A stretch of DNA of 64,000 nucleotides. It comes from Thermoanaerobaculia bacterium. GTDB lineage: Bacteria; Acidobacteriota; Thermoanaerobaculia; UBA5066. The DNA lies in the NCBI GenBank assembly GCA_038245905.1, contig JBBRRY010000007.1, positions 1-64,000 of the forward strand, written 5' to 3'. Below are positions 42,295-52,122 of this stretch, in pieces. Under the pieces are notes generated by a model. It had not been told where the DNA came from. It made no database searches and worked only from the letters and a program-made list of their open reading frames with translations. The position numbers were made by a program, and so were the translations under genes. Position 1 is the first letter of the stretch. Each line of letters opens with the position of its first letter.

Positions 42295-44724
42295 GTGGAC
42301 ATTTCGAGCGCCCTTCGCGCCGCGCGAGACCGCGTGGCGCCCACCGTGAGCGCGATCCGGGACCGGCTCTTTCTCCTCGCGCGTGGGGGCTGGGACCGCA
42401 TGCGCCGTATCTCGCGCCCGCTGCTCTTCTTCGTCGCGGCGACCTCGGCGCTCTTGCTCGTCGCGTCGGTCGTCGTCGTCCTCTACTTTTCCCGCGTCGT
42501 CTCCCGCACGATGGACGGGAGGCGGTGGTCCCTTCCGACGCGCCTCTACTCCGACGTGTGGGCGGTGCGCGCCGGGGACACGCTCTCGGTGGACGACGTC
42601 GTGCGGCGCCTCGGGCGCCTCCGCTACGCCGAGGTCCCGAAGCCTCCGGTCGCCGCGGGGCAATACACGCTCCTGAAGGGGCGGATTCTCGTCAACCTGA
42701 ACGCGCGCGAGACCGCGTGGGGGCGGTCGCCCGGGGTCGCGGTCGAGATCGAGTTCTCGGGCCGCCGCGTCGCCGCGCTCAAGCGCGCCGACGATGGAAC
42801 GCCTTTGCCCTACGTCGTTTTCGAGCCGGAGCTCGTCGGGTCTGTCTACGACGAGAAGATGCAGGACCGCACGCTCGTCACGCTCGATCAGGTTGACCCC
42901 GTCGTGCTCGATGCGATCCTGACGACAGAGGACCGCGACTTCTTCACGCATGGCGGCATCTCGTTCCGCCGCCTCGTAGGAGCCGTCCTCCAGGGCGCGA
43001 CGCGCGGCTCCGCGGTCCGCGGAACGTCCACGCTCACCCAGCAGCTCGTGAAGAACATGTTCCTCACGCCGGAGCGGAAGTTGAAGCGCAAGGTCGTCGA
43101 GGCGCTGATGGCCGTGATCCTCGAGGCCAAGTACAGCAAGAAAGAGATCCTCGAGGCCTACCTGAACGAGATCTACCTCGGCCAGCGCGGCTCGATCTCC
43201 GTGACGGGCGTCGAGGAGGCCGCGCGGTTCTACTTCGGCAAGAGCGTTTCGAGGCTCGGCCTTCCGGAGGCCGCAATGCTTGCGGGTCTCATCTCGTCGC
43301 CCGGAAAGTACTCACCCTACCGAAATCCCGAGAACGCCCGGGTGCGGCGCGCCGTCGTCCTCAGGGGGATGCTGGAGCAAAAGAAGATCGACAAATCGGC
43401 ATACGAGGCGGCGCTCGCCGCTCCTCTCACGAAGTCGAAGGGGCCGCCGTCGGGCATCGTCGCGCCGCACTTCGTCGACTTCGTGCTCAATCAGGTGAAG
43501 GAGGCTCCCGGATTCGTGAAGGAGGACGGTCTCTCCGTGTACACGACGCTGGACCCCGACATGCAGCAGGCGGCGCAGGCGGCGGTCCTGAAGGGTCTCG
43601 AGGAGCTCGAGAAGCGCTTCAAAAGGCTGCGGCCACGGGGAGAGGAGGATGCGCTCCAGGCTGCGGTCATCGCGCTCGACCCGGCGACGGGATCGGTGCG
43701 CGCGCTCGTGGGCGGGCGCGACTATCAGGTCAGCCAGTTCAATCGCGTCGTGCAAGCCCGGCGCCAGCCCGGTTCGCTGTTCAAGCCGTTCGTGTACCTG
43801 ACGGCGTTCGGAAAGCGCGATCTCGCGAAACCCATCACCCCCGCGTCGATCTTCATCGACTCGCCGATCGCGCTCGTCTGGGGGAAGGGCGAGGACGAGA
43901 CGTGGTCTCCGAAGAACTACGACGGCGAGTTCCGCGGACCCATGACGGCGCGCCAGGCGCTCGAGCAGTCCATCAATATCCCGACGGTGCGTATCGCCGT
44001 CACCGAGACCAAGCCCGGGCGCACGCTGCTTCCGGACATCGTGGACACGGCGCGGCGCGCGGGCATCTCGTCTCCGCTCAGGCCCTATCCGTCGCTCGCG
44101 CTCGGTTCCTTCGAAACGAGCCCCATGGAGATCGCGGCGGCGTATTGCACGTTTGCGAACGGGGGGTTCCGCGTGCGCCCGAATGCGCTCCTCGGGATCG
44201 TGGGCGCTAATGCCCGGCGCATCGAGACGCAGAACGAGCCCGTTGTCCGGGGCGTCGACGCGGATGCGATCTCGATTCTCGATTCGGTCCTTCAGGGGGT
44301 CGTGGATCGCGGGACCGGCGGCTCGGCGCGCCGTCTCGGGGCGCAGGGCATCTTCGCGGGCAAGACCGGCACGACGAACGACGGACGTGACGCGTGGTTC
44401 GTCGGTTTCTCGCCGCGCCTTCTGGTCGCGGTCTGGGTCGGATTCGACGACAACCGCGGCCTGAACCTGTCCGGATCCTCGGCGGCGCTTCCGATCTTTG
44501 CTGATTTCGTGCGCCGCCTGCCGTCGCAGTATTTCGAGGTTCCGTTCCCCTCGACGCCGGGCGTCGTCACGGTGTCGATCGACCCGACGACCGGCCTGCT
44601 CGTGACCGAGGAGTGTCCGAAGTCGTTCGACGAAGTCTTTCTCGAGGGCACTCAGCCGACGGAGCGCTGCAATGCCCACGGCGGGGGAGCGCCCGGCCCC
44701 GGCGTCGCCACCGGAGCGCCGTGA
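42295..44724 (+). CDS. mrcB: Class A penicillin-binding protein 1B
   Basis: TM, UB2H-like region, transglycosylase motifs (EDRDF, STLTQQLVKN, YLNEIYLG), transpeptidase motifs (SLFK, SIN, KTG). Confidence 0.9.
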   Translation: MDISSALRAARDRVAPTVSAIRDRLFLLARGGWDRMRRISRPLLFFVAATSALLLVASVVVVLYFSRVVSRTMDGRRWSLPTRLYSDVWAVRAGDTLSVDDVVRRLGRLRYAEVPKPPVAAGQYTLLKGRILVNLNARETAWGRSPGVAVEIEFSGRRVAALKRADDGTPLPYVVFEPELVGSVYDEKMQDRTLVTLDQVDPVVLDAILTTEDRDFFTHGGISFRRLVGAVLQGATRGSAVRGTSTLTQQLVKNMFLTPERKLKRKVVEALMAVILEAKYSKKEILEAYLNEIYLGQRGSISVTGVEEAARFYFGKSVSRLGLPEAAMLAGLISSPGKYSPYRNPENARVRRAVVLRGMLEQKKIDKSAYEAALAAPLTKSKGPPSGIVAPHFVDFVLNQVKEAPGFVKEDGLSVYTTLDPDMQQAAQAAVLKGLEELEKRFKRLRPRGEEDALQAAVIALDPATGSVRALVGGRDYQVSQFNRVVQARRQPGSLFKPFVYLTAFGKRDLAKPITPASIFIDSPIALVWGKGEDETWSPKNYDGEFRGPMTARQALEQSINIPTVRIAVTETKPGRTLLPDIVDTARRAGISSPLRPYPSLALGSFETSPMEIAAAYCTFANGGFRVRPNALLGIVGANARRIETQNEPVVRGVDADAISILDSVLQGVVDRGTGGSARRLGAQGIFAGKTGTTNDGRDAWFVGFSPRLLVAVWVGFDDNRGLNLSGSSAALPIFADFVRRLPSQYFEVPFPSTPGVVTVSIDPTTGLLVTEECPKSFDEVFLEGTQPTERCNAHGGGAPGPGVATGAP

Positions 44725-45629
44725 AGCTCACGCTGCCCCCGATGGACCTCGGGCTCGTCGTCCGAAGCCACGGGTGGTACGACCTCGCCCCGTTCGAATG
44801 GGATGCGGAGAAGAAGACACTGAGAGTGATCTTCTTAGAAGGAGAAAGAGGTCGCCCCGTTCAGGTTGCGGTGCAGGAGCGCGCGAACGGGCTCGTCGCA
44901 ACGGCAACGGCGGCGGGCAAGCCCTCTTTGTCATTCAAAGAAAATCTCTCTTCGGACATTTTCCGTCGCGCCGTAGGCCGCGTTCTGGAGAGGGTCCTCG
45001 ATCTGAAAGCAAATCTTTCTTTCTTCCATTCGTCCTGCGCCGGCGATCCCCGCTTCGCGTGGATCGCCCGGCGCGGCGCGGGGCGCATCCTCCGCGCGCC
45101 GACGCTCTTCGAGGACGCGGTCAAGGTGCTCGCGACGACGAACTGCACATGGGGCTTGACGAGGCTCATGGTCCGGAACCTCGTCGAGCGCTTCGATCGG
45201 GGCGGGGCATTCCCGGACGCGACATTCGTCGCGGGACTTCCGGCGCGCGCGCTCGTCGGGGCCAAGTTCGGATACCGGGCGCCCTATCTCGCGGCTTTCG
45301 CCGGGCGCGTCGCGTCGGGGAAGCTGGACCTCGCGCGTTGGGAGGACGCCTCCCGCTCGAACGAAGACGTCGAAGGAGACATCCGCGCCGAAAAGGGCTT
45401 CGGTCCCTACGCGGCCGACACGCTAGGGCGGCTGCTCGGCCGGCATCGGAAGCTGGGGCTCGATTCGTGGTCCCGGAAGAAAGTCGCCTCCCTGAGGTTC
45501 CGCGGCCGCGCCGTGAAGGACGCGCGGGTGGAGCGCCTCTACGCGCCGTTCGGCCGGCACGCGGGGCTGGCGTTCTGGCTCGATGTGACCCGCGACTGGC
45601 ACGAGGGAAAGGAGAGCCTGTGGTCCTGA
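44721..45629 (+). CDS. HhH-GPD superfamily DNA glycosylase-like protein
   Basis: SHGWYDLAPF, GRILRAPTLFED, GYRAPY and HhH KGFGPYAA; GTG overlaps the PBP stop. Confidence 0.75.
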   Translation: MKLTLPPMDLGLVVRSHGWYDLAPFEWDAEKKTLRVIFLEGERGRPVQVAVQERANGLVATATAAGKPSLSFKENLSSDIFRRAVGRVLERVLDLKANLSFFHSSCAGDPRFAWIARRGAGRILRAPTLFEDAVKVLATTNCTWGLTRLMVRNLVERFDRGGAFPDATFVAGLPARALVGAKFGYRAPYLAAFAGRVASGKLDLARWEDASRSNEDVEGDIRAEKGFGPYAADTLGRLLGRHRKLGLDSWSRKKVASLRFRGRAVKDARVERLYAPFGRHAGLAFWLDVTRDWHEGKESLWS

Positions 45630-45669
45630 CGGCCGCGTCTGCGAAGATTCAAGCCTTGGGAGGCGCGGC

Positions 45670-46413
45670 GTGAAGCGGGTGATCCTCGTCGGAGCGACGG
45701 ACGGCCTCGGGAAGGCCCTCGCCGAGGTTTATGCCTCGCGCGGTTTCTGGGTGACGATTCTCGGGCGCTCGCGGCCGAAACTCGACGCCCTCGTGGCCGA
45801 CCTCCGGGGCCGGTTCCCGGTCGCGACCGTGAATGGAGTCCTGTGCGACCTCCGGGACGCCGCGCGGCTCGAGCCCGCGTTCCAGGAGGCGCTCGCCGTG
45901 ACCGGTCATTGTGACCTCTTCCTTTACAACGCCGGTGTCATGCATCACGGCGACGGCGTGACCAGCGTGCCCGAACGCGACGCCGAGATGATGGACGTGA
46001 ACGCCGTGGCGGCCGTGCGACTGCTCGGGCTCGCCGCGAACTGGTTTCGCGTTGCGGGCCGAGGTCAGATCGCGGGCATCTCTTCCATCGCGGGCGACCG
46101 CGGCCGCAAGGGAAACCCCGCGTACAACGCCTCGAAGGCGGCGCTCACGACGTATCTCGAGGGGCTTCGCAACCGCCTCGCGCCGTTCGGCGTGACCGTC
46201 TCGACCGTCAAGCCCGGCTACGTCGGAACCCGTTTGACGGCGGGGAAGCCGGGACTGTTCTGGGTCGTCTCGGCCGAGGATGCCGCCCGCATCATCGCGG
46301 ACCGGCTCGAGAAGGGGCACGAGGTCTTTTACGTTTTTCGCCGCTGGGCGCTCTTCGGCCTCGCGATGCGGCATGTCCCCCGCTTCGTTTTCAAGAGGAT
46401 CGGACCGCCGTGA
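45670..46413 (+). CDS. SDR oxidoreductase (DprE2-like)
   Basis: GATDGLG, NAG, SSIAGDRGR, YNASK and KPG motifs; coupled to a FAD oxidoreductase. Confidence 0.85.
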   Translation: MKRVILVGATDGLGKALAEVYASRGFWVTILGRSRPKLDALVADLRGRFPVATVNGVLCDLRDAARLEPAFQEALAVTGHCDLFLYNAGVMHHGDGVTSVPERDAEMMDVNAVAAVRLLGLAANWFRVAGRGQIAGISSIAGDRGRKGNPAYNASKAALTTYLEGLRNRLAPFGVTVSTVKPGYVGTRLTAGKPGLFWVVSAEDAARIIADRLEKGHEVFYVFRRWALFGLAMRHVPRFVFKRIGPP

Positions 46414-47720
46414 GCGCCCTTCCCGTTCCCGAACGCGTGGAAGGCTTCGGCCTCTACAACGTCTCCGTGTCGAAGGTTTTGCGGCCATCCTCGCTCGAGG
46501 CGCTGAGGGACGCCCTCGCCGCCTGTGCGGCCCGCGGAGAGGCACCCGTGTTTCGCGGTGCGGGCCGCTCGTACGGCGACGCGTCCCTCAACCCCGCGGG
46601 GCCGGTGATCGAGATGACGGGGCTGAACGCGATCACGAGCTTCGACGAGTCGTCCGGCATCCTCCGCGCGGGCGCGGGCCTCACGCTCGGCGCGCTCTGG
46701 CAGTTCGCGATCCCTTTCGGATTCTGGCCCCCCGTCGTGACCGGCACGATGCACGTCACGCTCGGCGGCGCCGTCGCGATGAACGTGCACGGAAAGAACG
46801 GATGGAAGAAAGGCACGATCGGCGACCATGTCGAGAGCGTGTCGGTCCTTCGGAGCGACGGCCGCGTCGAGGAGATCCCGCGCGGGACGCCGGCCTTCGA
46901 CGACGCCCTCGGCAACTGGCGCCGCCCCGACCCGATCGTGGAAGTCGCCCTCAGGCTGAAGAAAGTCGGGAGCGGCTATCTCGATGTCGAAGCGTTCGCG
47001 ACCCCGCACCTTGCCGCGACGCTCGATGCGCTCGATCGCGCGAAGGACGACTGGGACTACGTCGTTGGGTGGATGGACTGCTGGGCGGCGGGGAAGGACC
47101 TCGGCCGGAGCGTCGTTCACGTCGCGAACGAGCACGCCGTGAAGCAGGGCGAATCGGGTGGATTGAGCGTGGCGGAGCAGATCGCGGATATCCACATGGG
47201 TCCGCTGCCCGCGCCCGTCCTTCTCCTCGGACTCCGGCTCACGGCGAGTAGCCCTCAGATGAGGCTCGTGAATATGGCGAAGTACGCATCGGCGCGGTTC
47301 CACGGACGTCGTCGTTATCGGCAGTCGCTCGTCGCCTACTCGTTTCTCCTCGACTACCTGCCCGGATGGAACGAAGCCTATCGACCCGGTGGCTTCATCC
47401 AGTACCAGCTTTTCGTGCCGAAAGAAGCGGCGGAGGCGACGCTGGGAAGGGCGCTGCACCTGCAGCAGGAGATGGGCGTCGTCTCGTCGCTCGCCGTGAT
47501 CAAACGCCACCGTGCCGATCCGTCTCCGCGCGGTTACGTCCTGGACGGTTTCTCGCTCGCCCTGGACTTCCCGGTCACCCGCCGGAACGCGAGCAGGCTC
47601 GTCGGGTTGTGCCGCGCGTTCGACGCGCTACTTCTCGAATGCGGGGGGCGCGCCTACAAGGCGAAGGACTGCGTCGGCAGCGTCGAGCGTCTCGCCGGAG
47701 CACGGAGAGGCCGGCCGTGA
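46410..47720 (+). CDS. FAD-binding oxidoreductase (DprE1-like)
   Basis: RGAGRSYGDA, TLGGAVAMNVHGKN, GFIQYQ, GFSLALDF and YKAKD motifs. Confidence 0.8.
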   Translation: MSALPVPERVEGFGLYNVSVSKVLRPSSLEALRDALAACAARGEAPVFRGAGRSYGDASLNPAGPVIEMTGLNAITSFDESSGILRAGAGLTLGALWQFAIPFGFWPPVVTGTMHVTLGGAVAMNVHGKNGWKKGTIGDHVESVSVLRSDGRVEEIPRGTPAFDDALGNWRRPDPIVEVALRLKKVGSGYLDVEAFATPHLAATLDALDRAKDDWDYVVGWMDCWAAGKDLGRSVVHVANEHAVKQGESGGLSVAEQIADIHMGPLPAPVLLLGLRLTASSPQMRLVNMAKYASARFHGRRRYRQSLVAYSFLLDYLPGWNEAYRPGGFIQYQLFVPKEAAEATLGRALHLQQEMGVVSSLAVIKRHRADPSPRGYVLDGFSLALDFPVTRRNASRLVGLCRAFDALLLECGGRAYKAKDCVGSVERLAGARRGRP

Positions 47721-48133
47721 GGGCGCTGAAACGATGGCTTTCCGTTGCCGGCCTGCTCGTGCTCGGGAGCTGCACGCAAGACAAGTCCCCCACGTCGCCG
47801 TTCTCCTGCGTCCCGCTGACGGGTCAATACGCGGGCATCTTCACGGACTCGTGCGGGCTCTCGAAAACGGCGGACGTCACGCTCTTCCAGACGGGCTGCA
47901 CGGTGGTTGCGGAGTTCCCGGGCGTGGGCACGCTGCAGGGCAACGTCGAGGGCCAGACCCTGATTTTCGCGATCGGTTTTGCCGGTTCCTCGCCGTGCGG
48001 CGGGTCGGCCAGCGGGAGCGCCGCCGTCACGTCTTCGGGCGGCCTCCTCGGAGCCTACAAGGGTCAGGCAACAGGCGCCGGCACGAGCTGCTGCGGAAGC
48101 GTCTCGGGCAGTTTCACGCTCACCCGGCGCTGA
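47717..48133 (+). CDS. Cys-rich small lipoprotein
   Basis: GTG overlaps the upstream stop; lipobox LGSC; six further Cys; Gly/Ser/Thr-rich beta pattern. Confidence 0.65.
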   Translation: MRALKRWLSVAGLLVLGSCTQDKSPTSPFSCVPLTGQYAGIFTDSCGLSKTADVTLFQTGCTVVAEFPGVGTLQGNVEGQTLIFAIGFAGSSPCGGSASGSAAVTSSGGLLGAYKGQATGAGTSCCGSVSGSFTLTRR

Positions 48134-48713
48134 ATCCCGCGGGCCGGACCGGGTAGTCCTCCCCTCCGACGAACTGGTCGGCATCGGACGACACGATGAT
48201 CGCGACGCCGCCCTCCGCGCTGAACGTCTTGGTCTCCGTCGTCCCCGCTTCCGAGCGGCAATAGTCCCCCTCGCGGAGCGTGACTCCGTTGAGGACGACG
48301 GAGCCGGAGACGATGAAGACCTCTTCCGTGCCTCCGTGCCGATGGGAGGGATACGTGGACCCGGGCGCGAAGCGGAGAAGACGCGTCGTGTACCCGCGAG
48401 CGTCGTCCCGGTGCAGGACCTTGAAGTCGAGGCCGGGCATCGCCGCGGGCATCCACGGGACGTCGGCGACGAGGACGGCGGACACGCCCGGCAGGATGCC
48501 TCGGCCTCCCGGGGGAAGCGATGCGGAGCGCGCGAGACCCTCCGGGTCCTGGGCGATGCGGGCGAGGATGCGGTCCTTGAGATGCGGCGGGGGCGCGGCC
48601 GCCGCCGAAAGTGCGAGCGCGTCGACGACTGCGTCGCCGAACTCCCTTCGGAGCTCGGCCCACTCGCGATCGTTCGTGTCTTCGTCCAGGTGCAGGTCGT
48701 TCACGTCGTCCAT
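48120..48713 (-). CDS. ChrR-like cupin anti-sigma factor
   Basis: PPPHLKDRIL anti-sigma segment plus cupin (LLRFAPG..HRHGGTEE..G); overlaps the sigma gene end. Confidence 0.85.
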   Translation of the reverse strand: MDDVNDLHLDEDTNDREWAELRREFGDAVVDALALSAAAAPPPHLKDRILARIAQDPEGLARSASLPPGGRGILPGVSAVLVADVPWMPAAMPGLDFKVLHRDDARGYTTRLLRFAPGSTYPSHRHGGTEEVFIVSGSVVLNGVTLREGDYCRSEAGTTETKTFSAEGGVAIIVSSDADQFVGGEDYPVRPAGFSAG

Positions 48714-49303
48714 CCTTCGGCCTGAGACCCGAGGGCTTGACGCAGGTGCGCGAGACCGAGCCGGATCCTCGACTTGGCGGTGCCAAGCGGCTGCGCGAGT
48801 TTCTCGGCGATCTCGGTGTGCGTGAGGCCCTCGAAATAAGCGAGCTCGATGACCTCGCGCTGTTCGGCGGGGAGGCCGAGAAGCGCGGCGCGCACCGTGG
48901 AAGCGCGCTGGGCGAGCGACGAAGACGTCTCCGGATCGGCGCCCGGCGACGCGAGGCCGCGCGCCTGCTCCAGGTCTTCTTCGTGCCGCCGGGCCCCTCC
49001 GCGGGAGCGGAGCCGGTCGATCGCGCGCGAGCGCGCGAGCATGAGAAGCCAGGCGAGGGGCTCGCCGCGGTCTGAATCGAATCGGGCCGCCTGGCGCCAC
49101 GCCTGGGTGTAGACGTCGAGGGTGACCTCCTCGGCGTCCGCGTGATTGCGCAGAACCTTGAAGCAGATGCCGAATACGAATCGGCTCGACTGGTCGTAAA
49201 GCTCCGACAGCGCCGCCGGATCCCCCGAGGAGATCCGGCGCATGAGGCCCGAATGGTCGGGCCGCTCCGCGCGAATCTCGCGCGCCCGGGGCACCAGGGT
49301 CAT
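48701..49303 (-). CDS. ECF RNA polymerase sigma factor (SigK/RpoT-like)
   Basis: DAEEVTLDVYTQAW, WLLMLARSRAIDRLR and LAYFEGLTHTEIA..PLGTAKSRIRLG motifs. Confidence 0.93.
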   Translation of the reverse strand: MTLVPRAREIRAERPDHSGLMRRISSGDPAALSELYDQSSRFVFGICFKVLRNHADAEEVTLDVYTQAWRQAARFDSDRGEPLAWLLMLARSRAIDRLRSRGGARRHEEDLEQARGLASPGADPETSSSLAQRASTVRAALLGLPAEQREVIELAYFEGLTHTEIAEKLAQPLGTAKSRIRLGLAHLRQALGSQAEGWTT

Positions 49304-49383
49304 GACCGGCCTCGCATTGTGGGCGGGATTATGCCCGCCCAGGCGCTCGAGGGTGCCTGGAAGAACGCCGGCCATACGGGGTG

Positions 49384-49409
49384 TACGGGATTCGGCCGCC
49401 TTTGGATCA
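49384..49409 (-). promoter_or_regulatory. Putative ECF promoter (sigma autoregulation)
   Basis: TGATCC-N16-CGTA upstream of the sigma gene; the same architecture occurs at 56286-56311. Confidence 0.65.
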
Positions 49410-49425
49410 GCTTGTCGGCCCGGGG

Positions 49426-49737
49426 CTATTCGAGATCCTTGGCCTTGATGCGGGCGGACGAGTCGTGCCCGCCGCCGACCAGGACCGTGATCGTGAGCTC
49501 GGTCTTCGCGGGCGGGGCGAAGTCGAAGACCCCCTTCGCGTTCGTGTGGCCGGTCAGGAGAACCTTGCCTTCGGCGTTCGTCACCTGGACGGGCGAATCG
49601 CCCACGGGAGCGCCGTCGCTGAAATAGGCCTCCACGTGGACCTTGCCCTTGACGACCTCCGCCCACACCGCGACGTCGTGGGCAAAGGCGGTCCCGGAGA
49701 GAGCGAGAAGAACCGCGAGGGCGACGAAGCGTCTCAT
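49426..49737 (-). CDS. Small periplasmic protein, CbiL/FpvJ-like
   Basis: Signal peptide AFA-H, YFSDG..V.V..GHTNAKGVFDF..GGGH; last gene of the metal ABC module. Confidence 0.7.
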   Translation of the reverse strand: MRRFVALAVLLALSGTAFAHDVAVWAEVVKGKVHVEAYFSDGAPVGDSPVQVTNAEGKVLLTGHTNAKGVFDFAPPAKTELTITVLVGGGHDSSARIKAKDLE

Positions 49738-50612
49738 CGTGAAGCCTCCCGGCGCCTCGGTGAGAGCGCCAGCGTGAGATAGAAGAGGGCCGTCGAGACG
49801 AGCGCGATGGCGCCGCCGGTCGGGACGGGAAGATACCCCGAGACGAGGAGGCCGCCGACGGCGGCGATCGTCGAAAGTGCGATGCTGAGGAAGAAGAACT
49901 GCCGGAGGTTCCGCGCCGCGTTCTGCGCGGCGGCGGCGGGGACGACGATCATCACGAGGACGAGAAGCGCGCCCACGAGCTTGAGCCCCGCCACGACCAC
50001 GGCCGTCGCCAGCGTGACGAATACGTATTCGAGAATGACGGGCCGCTTGCCGCGCGCCGAGGCCAGCTCGGGGCTCAGGCTCGCGAGGAGAAAGTCGTTG
50101 TAGAGGAAGGCGGCGACGGCGGCCGCGGCGAGCGCTGTGACGAGGAGGATCGCGAGGTCCGCGTCGCGGAGCGTAAGGAGGCTGCCGAAGAGCGCGCCTT
50201 CAACCTGGTGGATGTCGAAGCGCTTCGACACGAGAGCGACCATGAGGACGCCGAGTCCGAGCGTCTGCGCGAGGAAGATTCCCGTGACCGTGTCGGAAGG
50301 GATCCCGCCCCGGTGCTTCACGAACGTGACGAGAAGCGCGGACACGAGGCAGAACCCGTAGATGCCGGCCCACGTGGAGCCGGGCGGTTCGCCGAGGAGG
50401 AGACCGAGCGCCGTCCCCGTCATCGCCGCGTTGCCGATGGCCTGCACGAAGAACGACAGGCGTCGTGCGACGACGACGGTCCCGATCCCGCCGAAGAGCG
50501 GTCCGAGGAGGAGTGCGCCGAGGAGGCCGCGCACCATGAACGGATGGACGAAGACCGCCGGCAGGATTCCAGCGCGCGCCCAGCCGGCGAAGGCTTCATA
50601 GAGCGCGTCCAT
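49734..50612 (-). CDS. Metal ABC transporter permease (ABC-3 family, FpvE-like)
   Basis: Polytopic membrane protein with LFGSLLT, VGALLVLVMIVVPAAAA and PTGGAI motifs. Confidence 0.9.
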   Translation of the reverse strand: MDALYEAFAGWARAGILPAVFVHPFMVRGLLGALLLGPLFGGIGTVVVARRLSFFVQAIGNAAMTGTALGLLLGEPPGSTWAGIYGFCLVSALLVTFVKHRGGIPSDTVTGIFLAQTLGLGVLMVALVSKRFDIHQVEGALFGSLLTLRDADLAILLVTALAAAAVAAFLYNDFLLASLSPELASARGKRPVILEYVFVTLATAVVVAGLKLVGALLVLVMIVVPAAAAQNAARNLRQFFFLSIALSTIAAVGGLLVSGYLPVPTGGAIALVSTALFYLTLALSPRRREASR

Positions 50613-51280
50613 CAGGGAACCGCCTTCTCCAGGGGAACGCCTTCTCCTGTCGCGACGCGTCTGTTCAGGACCGTGACGCGCATCGCGACGCGCGCGAGGA
50701 GAGCCAGGTCATGCTCGACGAGGAGAACGGTTACGCCCCGTTCGCGGGAAAGCCGAAGGAGAAGGGCCTCGATCGCGCGTGAGCCTTCCTCGTCCACGTG
50801 GCTCGCAGGCTCGTCGAGGACGAGGAGCCGGGGTTCGAGAACGAGCGCCTGCGCGAGAAGCACGCGGCGCAGCTCGCCGCCCGACAGCTCGGAGAGCCGC
50901 CGGCCGAGAAGAGACGACGCGTCAGTCTCCGCAAGCGCGGTTTCGATTCGCTCCGAGAGCGCCTGGGTCCGCCGCATAAAGACGGGCTTCCGCGTCAGAG
51001 AAAGCGCGAAGAAATCCGCGACCGAGATCGGAAGCGAGGCGTCGAATGCGAGGGCCTGCGGCACGTAGCCGATCGCGTCCTTCAGCCCGAGGCCGAGGCG
51101 GATCGTGCCCGTGAACGGCAGTGTGCCGAGGAGGCAGCGCAAGAGCGTCGTCTTCCCGGCGCCGTTCGGGCCCGAAAGGCCGTGGATCTCGCCTTCGAAG
51201 ACGTCGAGGTCCACGTTCTCGAGCGCGACCTCGCCGCCGCGCCACGCGGTCAGGCCGCGAATCGAAATGATTGCGGTCAC
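50612..51280 (-). CDS. Metal ABC transporter ATP-binding protein
   Basis: GPNGAGKT, GYVPQ, LSGGE, LDEP and EHDL motifs; GTG start overlaps the SBP stop. Confidence 0.92.
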   Translation of the reverse strand: MTAIISIRGLTAWRGGEVALENVDLDVFEGEIHGLSGPNGAGKTTLLRCLLGTLPFTGTIRLGLGLKDAIGYVPQALAFDASLPISVADFFALSLTRKPVFMRRTQALSERIETALAETDASSLLGRRLSELSGGELRRVLLAQALVLEPRLLVLDEPASHVDEEGSRAIEALLLRLSRERGVTVLLVEHDLALLARVAMRVTVLNRRVATGEGVPLEKAVP

Positions 51281-52122
51281 GGTCCCGCCTCCGCGGCGGA
51301 CACGCCATCCACGATCGCGTCGAGATTCGCCTTCATGTCCTTCTCGAAGCGCTCGGGCGTGTACGGCCCGCCGGCGATGTGGGTCAGCCTCCGGAGCCGG
51401 CACCCGGATTCCTTTTCGATCGTGTCGACGTACGAGCGTTCGAGCCCGAGCTCCGTGAAGAGAAGATTCACGCGGGCCGCCTTGATGCGCTCGATCGTGT
51501 CCGCGAGCTGCCGCGCGGACGGCTCGACGCCGTGACGCGCCTGCACGACCGCGTCGACGCGGAGTCCGAGCTCCGAGAAGAGGTACCCGTACCCGTCGTG
51601 AACGGTGGCGATGCGGACGCGCGAAAGGTCCTTACCCTCGAGGCGTCGGAGCGCGTCGGCGAGGAGACTGCGCAGCCGCTTCACGTAGGCACGCGCGTTG
51701 TCGGCGTAGAGATCCGCATGCACGGGGTCGAGGCGGCCCAGCTCTTTCGCGAGGCTCTGGATCTGCTGCGAGGCGGCGGTGATCGAGAGAAACGAGTGGC
51801 TGTTCGCCCCGCCCGATGCGCCCGGAAGCAGCGGGACGTTCTTGTTCGGGGTGAGGCGCGGGAGGCGTTCCCTGCCGGCCGCCTTGAGCATCGGCTCGAG
51901 AAACGTGTCGTGGCCGAGGCCGTTCTCGACGACGGCGTCGAGCGATTCGACCGTCGCGAGATCTTCCGGCCGCGGCTGAAAGGAGTGCGGATCGGCGCCC
52001 GGGGGCACGATCGGAATCGCGATGGCGGCGTTGCCGCCGACGTTCGAGACCCATGAATAATAGGGATGGAGTGTGACGCCGACGCGGAGGACTGCGGCGA
52101 GAAGGACCGGAAGGGCGCTCAC
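51277..52122 (-). CDS. Metal ABC substrate-binding protein (cluster A-I, FpvC-like)
   Basis: VTLHPYYSWV, DPHSFQP, NGLGHD, NSHSFLS, VHDGYGY and HGVEPS; His-rich ligand set. Confidence 0.9.
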   Translation of the reverse strand: MSALPVLLAAVLRVGVTLHPYYSWVSNVGGNAAIAIPIVPPGADPHSFQPRPEDLATVESLDAVVENGLGHDTFLEPMLKAAGRERLPRLTPNKNVPLLPGASGGANSHSFLSITAASQQIQSLAKELGRLDPVHADLYADNARAYVKRLRSLLADALRRLEGKDLSRVRIATVHDGYGYLFSELGLRVDAVVQARHGVEPSARQLADTIERIKAARVNLLFTELGLERSYVDTIEKESGCRLRRLTHIAGGPYTPERFEKDMKANLDAIVDGVSAAEAGP

